A DNA stretch of 64,000 bases from positions 96,001 to 160,000 of IMG/VR virus record IMGVR_UViG_3300027668_002455; one strand, 5' to 3'. The notes beneath the pieces are model-generated. The model did not search any database. It worked only from the letters and a program-made list of their open reading frames with translations, and was not told the origin of the DNA. Source of the DNA: a virus. This document shows positions 56,612 through 64,000 of this stretch, in pieces. Within the stretch, counting starts at the first letter, position 1, and every line of letters starts with the position of its first letter. Position numbers and translations under genes: made by a program.

Positions 56612-56830
56612 TTAGCTACCTTTCTTGGCAAGACCTCTTGAGATAGTATAACCCAGAGCGGCAGCAGCAGAGCAGACAAATCCAAAGATTTTATCAGCAT
56701 TCGATGCACCTTCTGGGTCTACGACTCCCGCTCCCCATGCTAGAGAACACACAGTGACGGTAACCGTAACCCAAAACTCAGTCGTCTTCCAACCGGGTTT
56801 TACTTCATTTGTTTTTTTTGTAGTAGCCAT
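56612..56830 (-). CDS. Putative holin (two TM helices)
   Basis: KPGWKTTEFW, two hydrophobic segments, YTISRGLAK ending. Confidence 0.7.
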   Translation of the reverse strand: MATTKKTNEVKPGWKTTEFWVTVTVTVCSLAWGAGVVDPEGASNADKIFGFVCSAAAALGYTISRGLAKKGS

Positions 56831-56848
56831 AGCTTTTTTATTTCCTTA

Positions 56849-58039
56849 TTATTCTAAATCGCCAAGTTTTTTCAATTCTTCTAATTTGGCATGAGGTTTT
56901 TGTATTCCCCCAATTGCCGTGTAGACTGTTAGATCGGGTTTGTCCCCGCTATAAATTCCACGATGGACAACGCTCCCCTTTGTTAGCATGCGGGAGAATT
57001 GATCAAAAGCCCTATCAAGATTCTGTTGTGGTAATGTCTCTAAAATTTGTTTTCCGCCAACGATAACTACACCAGCAGAGTTACCACTACTTAAATCAAC
57101 ACCACCAGAAAGCATGTTGTTTTTTAAATTATCTCTAACCACTTTGCTAATACTGGAGGGACCATCCCAGTCGCTAACGCCAGCGGCACCAAAAACAATT
57201 AACCCAGTATCTAACACCTGTTTATAGTCATTGGAATCAAAAGCAGAATAGCTGCTATTTTTAGCTGCGGTATGATTAAATAGGTGAAATAATCCCGCAA
57301 TACTCATGTTAGCGGTTTCCCAGAAAGTCCCCACTGGTAACCCCGGATAAAGAGTATTGATTTTTTCGTTGTCTAGTATTATTAGAGGAGATACTATTCC
57401 GCGCTCAACCAGATCCCAAACCTTAACCAAGGTGGCATAAGCATTTGCATTAACCTTTTTTCCTTCGGAATGTTTTGGTAATGCAAGCACAACGCCTACT
57501 TTATCAGTGGGAGCCTTAATGGTCCGTTGCATTTCTTGGGCGGTCTCAACCAATGGACAAACAGTTCCTGCACCCGAGCCACCGCCAGCCCCAGCACAAA
57601 CAAAAATTCTATCTACTGACTCCCCAAAAGAATCATACATGAAATCGAGAACATCTTCTCTATGATCAGTATATAGTCTTTCAGCAATATCGGGGTTTTT
57701 TCCAGCCCCTCCATTACCAATACAGAGTTTATTATCAAGATTAATTGTATTTAAATCCTGCTGAGCTGTGTTAAGAACGGCAATTTTTCTATAGCCTAAT
57801 TTATGAAAAGATTCTGCAATTCTAGAGCCTCCCTGCCCCGCACCGATAAAAGCAAAGTTAAAAGCGACATTGCAATTATCCTTATTTTTATCTTCCTTTT
57901 CCGCCACCACTTTAGGCATCGGGATAGGAATTTCAGGCATAGAAATATCGACACTAGAATCTGTATTCATATAAGAATCTAGATCATCAACGGGGGGTTG
58001 ATTATCTGGCGTGGGAGAATTTAGATTTTCAGTATTCAT
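56849..58039 (-). CDS. Tubulin/FtsZ-superfamily GTPase (TubZ/PhuZ/CetZ-like)
   Basis: IGAGQGGSRIA (T1), LNTAQQDL, GGAGKNP (T3), AGAGGGSGAG (T4 signature), LPKHSEG, ILDNE, FDSND (T7). Confidence 0.92.
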   Translation of the reverse strand: MNTENLNSPTPDNQPPVDDLDSYMNTDSSVDISMPEIPIPMPKVVAEKEDKNKDNCNVAFNFAFIGAGQGGSRIAESFHKLGYRKIAVLNTAQQDLNTINLDNKLCIGNGGAGKNPDIAERLYTDHREDVLDFMYDSFGESVDRIFVCAGAGGGSGAGTVCPLVETAQEMQRTIKAPTDKVGVVLALPKHSEGKKVNANAYATLVKVWDLVERGIVSPLIILDNEKINTLYPGLPVGTFWETANMSIAGLFHLFNHTAAKNSSYSAFDSNDYKQVLDTGLIVFGAAGVSDWDGPSSISKVVRDNLKNNMLSGGVDLSSGNSAGVVIVGGKQILETLPQQNLDRAFDQFSRMLTKGSVVHRGIYSGDKPDLTVYTAIGGIQKPHAKLEELKKLGDLE

Positions 58040-58052
58040 TAGTGATTACTAA

Positions 58053-58250
58053 TTACACGGGCTTTTCTTCTTGAGTCTCCTCTTTTTCAGACTCCGCCTT
58101 ATTTAAGGCTTCTAAGACCGTTTGAACTGACTGCTCCAGAACAAGATGTTCTTTGTGACTTAACTTCATTTCTCGTGCAATTCCAACCAGATTGTTGAAA
58201 GCCGTGTCGATAGTCATTTCGTTTTGATTTGTGGGATTTTCTTCACTCAT
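58053..58250 (-). CDS. Small helical hypothetical protein
   Basis: 65-aa ORF between a sigma70-type promoter and the tubulin gene. Confidence 0.7.
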   Translation of the reverse strand: MSEENPTNQNEMTIDTAFNNLVGIAREMKLSHKEHLVLEQSVQTVLEALNKAESEKEETQEEKPV

Positions 58251-58261
58251 AATTAATAACC

Positions 58262-58290
58262 ATTATAGTATCATCTAAATAAAAAATCAA
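58262..58290 (-). promoter_or_regulatory. sigma70-type promoter upstream of the 65-aa gene and tubulin
   Basis: TTGATT (58290-58285), 17 nt, TATAAT (58267-58262). Confidence 0.65.
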
Positions 58291-58291
58291 A

Positions 58292-58813
58292 TTAATTAAT
58301 AATGTCTTTTAAAACTAAATGGCTAGAAACCATAAGGACTAGCCATGTTTGACGGTTATTTACTTTATTAACCCTATGTATTGTTTTGGGAGAAAATTCA
58401 ATAGCGTGGTACCGAGGTACATATGCCATAAAGTCTTCAAACTCAATAGCTCCATCACTTTCTAAAGCTATTGAAAAAAACTTCCCTATAATAGCCTTAG
58501 ATTGTTGCCACATAAAATAGTCCATCCAATCTAAAAAATCTCCGCGCTGAAATCTAAGAATGTAATTAACAAGGAGGTGCGGAGTTAAATTCAGGTCATC
58601 TGTGAGAGTGTGTAATTCTTTTTTAAGTAGACTATTTTTAAAAACTGAACGAGTATTTATGTATTCGTATTCTGAAAGATTTTCCCTCTCCATAGAGTTC
58701 CCGGTCCGTCTACCAAAGCCAGAAGCTCTCTTAAATTTTTGTCCCTTTATATAAGATGAAAAATTATCTATTTCTTCTTTATGAGACGATAGATTATGGG
58801 TTTTAAATTGCAT
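58292..58813 (-). CDS. 2OG-Fe(II) oxygenase-fold protein with altered metal site
   Basis: ILRFQRGDFLDWMD (W replaces the H of HxD), FFSIAL, IHRVNKV. Confidence 0.55.
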   Translation of the reverse strand: MQFKTHNLSSHKEEIDNFSSYIKGQKFKRASGFGRRTGNSMERENLSEYEYINTRSVFKNSLLKKELHTLTDDLNLTPHLLVNYILRFQRGDFLDWMDYFMWQQSKAIIGKFFSIALESDGAIEFEDFMAYVPRYHAIEFSPKTIHRVNKVNNRQTWLVLMVSSHLVLKDIIN

Positions 58814-59354
58814 ATAAAAAAGTAGCGCTATACCTCTTTGACTTTACAGGAGGAACCCAGTGAACTAAGTGAACACCGTCGAACCTGTAACCGTTGCCTT
58901 TTATATCGGGAAATGATTTGGTTTTTCCTTCCTTATCAGATTCTTCTACGCTTGTGCCATTATAATAACACTCAGGGTCACCAATTACAAGTTTATTTTC
59001 GCAATCATCTTGCAGGGGTACGATAATAGTGTGAATGGATCTCTGCATATCTTTGTGGGGCGGAATAAAATCCCCAACTTCATATCTATTAAGCTGGACT
59101 TCTTTCACCGGAAGTCCATTGAAAGTAATGTCTAGGTGTTCCTTAAAAATATCACTAAAGCAATCTCTAGAAAATTGACAAGAAAAATACTCTCCTAAAT
59201 CTTTTTTTAATCCATAGTTCGGAAAAAAAGTTTTTCGTGACTTAAAAATGTCAGGATTATCTTCTGCAAAAGATACTAAAAAATCACAAGAGAAAGAAGA
59301 TAAAAAATCCTTTTCTATTTTTATATCACTGAGTATTTCCCTTGTTAGGTCCAC
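58803..59354 (-). CDS. 2OG-Fe(II) oxygenase (prolyl-4-hydroxylase-like)
   Basis: LNRYEVGDFIPPHKD...VHWVPPVKSKRYSATF (HxD...H...RxS). Confidence 0.85.
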   Translation of the reverse strand: MDLTREILSDIKIEKDFLSSFSCDFLVSFAEDNPDIFKSRKTFFPNYGLKKDLGEYFSCQFSRDCFSDIFKEHLDITFNGLPVKEVQLNRYEVGDFIPPHKDMQRSIHTIIVPLQDDCENKLVIGDPECYYNGTSVEESDKEGKTKSFPDIKGNGYRFDGVHLVHWVPPVKSKRYSATFLYAI

Positions 59355-60021
59355 CGAGTCCTTTATTTACGAGCCAAACATTACCGGTTGAAACATCCGG
59401 AGCTTCGGCTATATCATGGTGGGGCATCTGTTGAGACTTAGGCCCCAGTTCCTCATGTAAGCCACCATCAAGCTCCCGCCCAAGTCTTGCCACCATTTCC
59501 TCTTTACTTTCATATTCAAAAGAAGGGTTATCCTTATAAGCCTCTTTAAAGTTTTTACCGGACCCACGCCGACCCTTTACATAATCTAAAATAGATTTAA
59601 AATCATCAACCTCTTCTCCCGAAAGATTATTTTTTTCAATTAATTTTTCTACCACGTCAAAGAGAACGTTCACTTGATTATGCCAATCATGTACATCCCT
59701 AATTGAATAACCTGTTTGGGTATCTATTTCTTCCTCACTAATTCGAACAGGGGCATTAATAACTTCCACCAAGGCCCCATTATCAAAGTCTCCACGCCAC
59801 TCATGAATGGTTGGGTCAAATTTAAGTCTTTTAAATTTATAATGAGTTGAGTCGTGCTCTGTGGAACCAACGTTCCCGACGGCTCGCCCCATGTATGCCC
59901 CTGATGCTTTATTAAAAATAAGCAAAAAATCAGTAGCGCCGGAGCCCTCCATTAACTCATGAAGCTTGTCGCCCTGCTCATGAATGTGACTATTTAATTG
60001 GACATTGATTGTATCGCTCAT
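59326..60021 (-). CDS. Hypothetical protein, probably fibre-associated
   Basis: 231-aa ORF directly downstream of the fibre gene. Confidence 0.6.
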   Translation of the reverse strand: MSDTINVQLNSHIHEQGDKLHELMEGSGATDFLLIFNKASGAYMGRAVGNVGSTEHDSTHYKFKRLKFDPTIHEWRGDFDNGALVEVINAPVRISEEEIDTQTGYSIRDVHDWHNQVNVLFDVVEKLIEKNNLSGEEVDDFKSILDYVKGRRGSGKNFKEAYKDNPSFEYESKEEMVARLGRELDGGLHEELGPKSQQMPHHDIAEAPDVSTGNVWLVNKGLGGPNKGNTQ

Positions 60022-60045
60022 AATATTTTTTATTCTATTAACTTA

Positions 60046-61545
60046 TCAACCTGCCGTGAAGTGAAGCGTCCACGTTCCATTAACTACTTGATAAAAATCC
60101 CTTCGGTGAGCAGTCGCGCCACAAGTACCATTACCGCAACCGTAAGTATAATACCAATGATAATAAACAATTACCATACCATTTTGAATTCCGCCATAGC
60201 TAGCATTGACTATGCTTTGCGCTCTAGCGACGATGTTACTGCTCCCGTTACCGATATTAACGGCGAGAGCCTTCATGCCTACTTGACCCACAGAGCTAAA
60301 GCTGGTTCCGTCTGCAAATACAAGAGCGTTACATCTTACGGTTCCGTTTACATCAAGCTTGTACGCGGGGCTATTGGTGCCAATGCCGACTCGGCCTTGT
60401 GAATTAACATATATTCTTTCATTACCACTAGTTCTTACCATCCAAGTATCATTCTGGAATCGCATGTATGTATCGGTGTCTCCGTTATGATAAATGTATT
60501 CATTTACAGCAACATCACCAGCAATCTCCAAGTCGAAAGATGGTGTCTCCGTCCCGATGCCGACGTTGCCGTTTTGGGCTACGGTGACTGCGGTTCCTAA
60601 TGCTGAGTCTATTTTGTACTTATCACTATCATCTCCATCATTATAAATTTGCCATTTGAAAGCGTCGGCCTCATAAAGTCTGATTCCAGCATTGAGATTA
60701 GTTGCAGAATCTAAATCAAGATATGCAGAAGATGTGCTTTTTATATCAAGATTTCCGTGGGGATTGGTGGTCCCGATGCCGACGTAGCCAGTGTCATTAT
60801 GAATGATCATATCAGCACTGGCTCTACCACCTGCCATGAGCTCTAAATTTTTACTAGAGTCGCAATTTATCCGAGCTCCTAACGATCCACCATCATATAA
60901 ATCAACGCTACTTGCACCGCCACCTCCTGAGTCAATTCTGATCCTCGTACTTCCACCAGAGGATACTTCTAGAAGCTCACCCGGCGCATTCGTTCCGATA
61001 CCGACTTTGCCACTCTCTTTGATTCTCATGACCTCACCCCCACTGTCAGCGGAGAAGTAAATATCAGCATCATTAGAACTGTCAACCGTTGCGTCAGTTT
61101 GAATTCGAAGCCCAGTATCGGACATACCAAAGTTAGCACTACCATATGATGGTGCAGTAACACGTATATAAGCACCTGTACCACCTGCGCTTTGAACATG
61201 AAGCAGCTGTGATGGCGCAGTCGTCCCGATGCCGACTTTGCCACCAGCAAGGACAGTAAGACGTGTTGTATATGTATCGCTACCCGCACTAGCACCAGAA
61301 GATTGAGTGCCACTAGATATCTCCAAAGCATCACTAACCGTTTCTTGAGCCGCTATTCTAAAGTTTGTATGAGAAGCACTACTTGTTCCAAAATATAAAT
61401 CAGGACTTCCTGTTTCTATTAGTAGATTACCATTTACGTGTAGCTTAGTAGATGGTGAAGCCGTCCCGATGCCGACATTCGACATCATATAGACATTGTA
61501 GTCAAATCTTGCTGGGTTTATGTTTCTTAATGAAATTGATGCCAT
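60046..61545 (-). CDS. Tail fibre protein with six VGIGT..P repeats
   Basis: NVGIGTASP, KVGIGTTAP, KVGIGTNAP, YVGIGTTNP, NVGIGTETP, RVGIGTNSP. Confidence 0.8.
   Translation of the reverse strand: MASISLRNINPARFDYNVYMMSNVGIGTASPSTKLHVNGNLLIETGSPDLYFGTSSASHTNFRIAAQETVSDALEISSGTQSSGASAGSDTYTTRLTVLAGGKVGIGTTAPSQLLHVQSAGGTGAYIRVTAPSYGSANFGMSDTGLRIQTDATVDSSNDADIYFSADSGGEVMRIKESGKVGIGTNAPGELLEVSSGGSTRIRIDSGGGGASSVDLYDGGSLGARINCDSSKNLELMAGGRASADMIIHNDTGYVGIGTTNPHGNLDIKSTSSAYLDLDSATNLNAGIRLYEADAFKWQIYNDGDDSDKYKIDSALGTAVTVAQNGNVGIGTETPSFDLEIAGDVAVNEYIYHNGDTDTYMRFQNDTWMVRTSGNERIYVNSQGRVGIGTNSPAYKLDVNGTVRCNALVFADGTSFSSVGQVGMKALAVNIGNGSSNIVARAQSIVNASYGGIQNGMVIVYYHWYYTYGCGNGTCGATAHRRDFYQVVNGTWTLHFTAG
60377..61476 (-). 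repeat. Dispersed 14-nt repeat GTCGGCATCGGGAC at fibre module boundaries
   Basis: Exact copies at 60551-60564, 60770-60783, 61223-61236, 61463-61476. Variants at 60377-60390 and 60992-61005. Confidence 0.85.
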
Positions 61546-61560
61546 ATAGACTCCTTACAC

Positions 61561-62991
61561 TCAATATACCGGAAAAAGATCAAAAGACCTTGATTGTGAT
61601 ATAAAATTACCCGCGTCATCCACCAGCCATCCTGTCGCTGAAGTTGACGAACTAGGATCATATTTTAGGTACTGGTATTGGTTTTGTTTTACATTTCCAC
61701 TAACCCAAAAATTTCTATGGGGATTATCAAAATCGATTTCAATTTCAAAATTTAAAGAGGTACTCTTATTCGCTCCAATGCTAGAGGTGTAATCTGCAGT
61801 AAGTAGTCGGGCCCCAGATATTTGGTAACTTAGCACTCTCTCCCTAACCCCTGCGGTGCCCGGAGCAACGTCGTCGGGGCCCGCATCCACAGGTAAATTA
61901 ACTTTTCCATTACAATCAATTTTTAAATCATAATCAGAGTCTTTACGTAGAGATTGTAGGAAGTTGCCCGTAACATTACCGCTAGTAAGAAGACTCATGC
62001 TAACAGTTCCTTTCAGGGGTAGTTTGGTGGGTCTGTAAGTATACAGTTTATGACCAAGGTAAGCTGTGCCGGGATCTCGACTAACATCAAAAGATATCTC
62101 ACAGCTTTGAACTGTATCAATTAGCCAGTTGATACCAGAGGGAGCCCTTTCAGTGATGGATAAACTTATATCCTTGGAGGAAAAAACATTAGAGGGATAT
62201 TTATTCGCATCCCCGGCACCATCGACCTCCTTGAAGACTTTTGGGAAAAAAATCTGTTCGTCACGATCTACAGTTTGTCCATTTTTTGAATTCAGAGTGG
62301 GGAGCTTTAAACCGCTAGCCGTGTCATAAAAAATAGCATTATCTCCAATGTAGCTTACATCTACAGAGGCTATTTCTCCAACAGCAAATTTTACGCCATA
62401 CTTGTTTAGGTAGCAATTTTGAAAAACTAAAGTATTATAATTAGGACTATTGGGATCAATAACCTCATCAATATTAATATGTCCACCGGAATCATTATCA
62501 ATCGTCGGATACCCAGCCTCCTCAATGTCCTGAATTTGGTCTTCCCCTTCCTTGGTGGATATTAGGTAAACATTTCTAGCATCTGTTCCGCTCTCCATTA
62601 GCCCTGAAAAAAATGAAGTATGAGAAGTGGTAAGTTGATTATAGGTAGTTAGCCCCATGCGGGATTCATTATTAATACCATCTAACATGTAACTTAATGT
62701 TAACTGAACGGACGCGGGGGAGGTTTCTATTTTTTTAGTAAGCGGGGATACCTTTCCTAAGACGAGAGGTGAAGTCTTCGGGGCATCAAAGGTATAACTA
62801 AAGCTTTGAACCTGCTCTAGTCGCTGAAGACAACACAGAGATGCTCCAACCAAATCCCCGTCCCCCGTAAAGCCTGTAATATTAAAAGCCTTTATGGTAT
62901 TGAGCGCAGGCCAAGCGGTGTTCGAATTACCAAGGGGAGAGCCTACGAATACATCTTGTACCGCATATGTTACCCTGTTCCTGTTGCCCAT
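61561..62991 (-). CDS. Second tail-tube paralogue
   Basis: Aligns by eye with 45583..46773: RNRVTY/RNRIIY, QVQSFSYTF/RVQTANYSF, SFDVSRDP/SFDLARDP, YTSSIGANKS/YTSDIGSNKS. Confidence 0.8.
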   Translation of the reverse strand: MGNRNRVTYAVQDVFVGSPLGNSNTAWPALNTIKAFNITGFTGDGDLVGASLCCLQRLEQVQSFSYTFDAPKTSPLVLGKVSPLTKKIETSPASVQLTLSYMLDGINNESRMGLTTYNQLTTSHTSFFSGLMESGTDARNVYLISTKEGEDQIQDIEEAGYPTIDNDSGGHINIDEVIDPNSPNYNTLVFQNCYLNKYGVKFAVGEIASVDVSYIGDNAIFYDTASGLKLPTLNSKNGQTVDRDEQIFFPKVFKEVDGAGDANKYPSNVFSSKDISLSITERAPSGINWLIDTVQSCEISFDVSRDPGTAYLGHKLYTYRPTKLPLKGTVSMSLLTSGNVTGNFLQSLRKDSDYDLKIDCNGKVNLPVDAGPDDVAPGTAGVRERVLSYQISGARLLTADYTSSIGANKSTSLNFEIEIDFDNPHRNFWVSGNVKQNQYQYLKYDPSSSTSATGWLVDDAGNFISQSRSFDLFPVY

Positions 62992-63004
62992 GACATTTTA
63001 GTCC

Positions 63005-64000
63005 TTAAACCTTACTTATGTATAAAATACTTGCTAAATACTCATCGACCTGATGACGTGCAGAAATTTCCCTAATTTTAGAAATTCTTTCGTCATTCGT
63101 ATCAACGGGTTTTTTAACATATTTATCTATAGACTTTCTCCAATTTTGTGGTTCTTCATTTGCGATGATAACTCCCACGATGTCGTGTGCTATAGATTTT
63201 TGTCGTTTACTAAGTCTTTTGATTTTATGATACTTTCTCAAGGAGGCCTCTACGCCTTTAACCAAGCTATTTGCTGAAACCATATTGGTAGAAATCTTTT
63301 GTAAGCTGTACCCCTCCTTCTCAGCCTTGCTTTGCTCCCCCTCTCCAATTGGGCTAACCTTATTGGTTTCCTTCGGAACTCCTGTTCCCGGTGGACGCCC
63401 ATTTTCTTGAGGCCCCTTCTGTGGTGAGGGTTGCCCACCCAGATTGGGATTATGTGGGTGCGCCCCGCCACCGACCAGAGGCTCGTAAAGACCTGATTCC
63501 TTAAGCTTTCTAAATCTCTTCTGAGATTCTTCAGATTCTTCCTGAGTCGGCAGCCTGCCAGAGTCGATAGCCGTCAAGCCCTCTTCCGCTGTCAAGATGC
63601 CAAGCTCAATGAGACGATTAATCACTCGAGACTTGGTCGCATCATCACTCAGGCAGATGTGTTCAAAATAAGGAGTAGGATAATTCTTGAACCCCATAGT
63701 TTGAGAAACTCGTTTTATTTCAGGGAGTAAAAATTCATTTATAAAAGATTCCCTTGCCTGTCTTAATCGAGCCATGAAGACATCAATTTTAATTGATTGA
63801 TTAGCAAATTTTTCTCCACTTAACAAAATATTTTGAAGCCCACTTTGGATATCTCTATCTACTACTTCATATTTTTCGGGGCCAAGTAAATTGCCAATCT
63901 CTGGAATAACAAATTCAGCTTTGGTTGTGTAATCTGCAATTAGCACTCTTCCCACGGATTCATTTGTAAAAAGGGTTTGCATCGCTGCAAGATTTTTTTG
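63005..64000 (-). CDS. Portal protein, C-terminal part (5'-truncated by the window edge)
   Basis: Frame is open to 64000. VLIADYTTKAEFVIP...KYEVVDRDIQSGL...PTPYFEHICLSD...LIELGILTAEE, then GRP-containing tail. Confidence 0.75.
   Translation of the reverse strand, partial: QKNLAAMQTLFTNESVGRVLIADYTTKAEFVIPEIGNLLGPEKYEVVDRDIQSGLQNILLSGEKFANQSIKIDVFMARLRQARESFINEFLLPEIKRVSQTMGFKNYPTPYFEHICLSDDATKSRVINRLIELGILTAEEGLTAIDSGRLPTQEESEESQKRFRKLKESGLYEPLVGGGAHPHNPNLGGQPSPQKGPQENGRPPGTGVPKETNKVSPIGEGEQSKAEKEGYSLQKISTNMVSANSLVKGVEASLRKYHKIKRLSKRQKSIAHDIVGVIIANEEPQNWRKSIDKYVKKPVDTNDERISKIREISARHQVDEYLASILYISKV

Noticed and set aside
56849-58039. Calling this a nucleus-forming phage, or calling the gene host ftsZ
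   Set aside because: No chimallin-like gene in the window and the tail is non-contractile. The protein lacks the FtsZ GGGGGN, NxDFAD and C-terminal peptide motifs and any dcw context.
1-64000. Stop-codon reassignment
   Set aside because: Very long ORFs are intact under code 11, and TAA, TAG and TGA all end genes at sensible boundaries.

Overview
This window is 64 kb of a large, AT-rich tailed dsDNA phage with a long non-contractile tail. Both ends fall inside genes. Left arm (+ strand): family C DNA polymerase (DnaE), NDP-sugar epimerase, a Whirly-like ssDNA-binding protein, glycosyltransferases and a Rad52-like annealing protein. The rest is virion morphogenesis, mostly on the - strand. It holds the portal (partial), three tail-tube paralogues, fibres, prohead protease/scaffold, decoration protein, major capsid, neck genes, two paralogous tail chaperones and a 3667-aa tape measure. 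A lambda-like M-L-K-I-J tail-tip block sits inverted on the + strand. Accessory genes include a tubulin/FtsZ-family GTPase just upstream of a holin, two 2OG-Fe(II) oxygenase-fold genes and three lipoproteins. Most notable: (1) the tape measure is divided by six G[FY][IV]P[NS]F motifs that bracket nuclease-like and GNAT-like cargo; (2) a candidate virion glycosylation system (GT4, a split GT9, GT2, epimerase, and strong Ser/Thr-Gly enrichment in surface proteins); (3) a 37-aa metallothionein-like gene missed by the ORF track; (4) chaperone duplication plus a terminator in place of the usual frameshift; (5) a recurrent GTGTAA late-promoter motif. All assignments are by eye from motifs and gene order; no searches were run.
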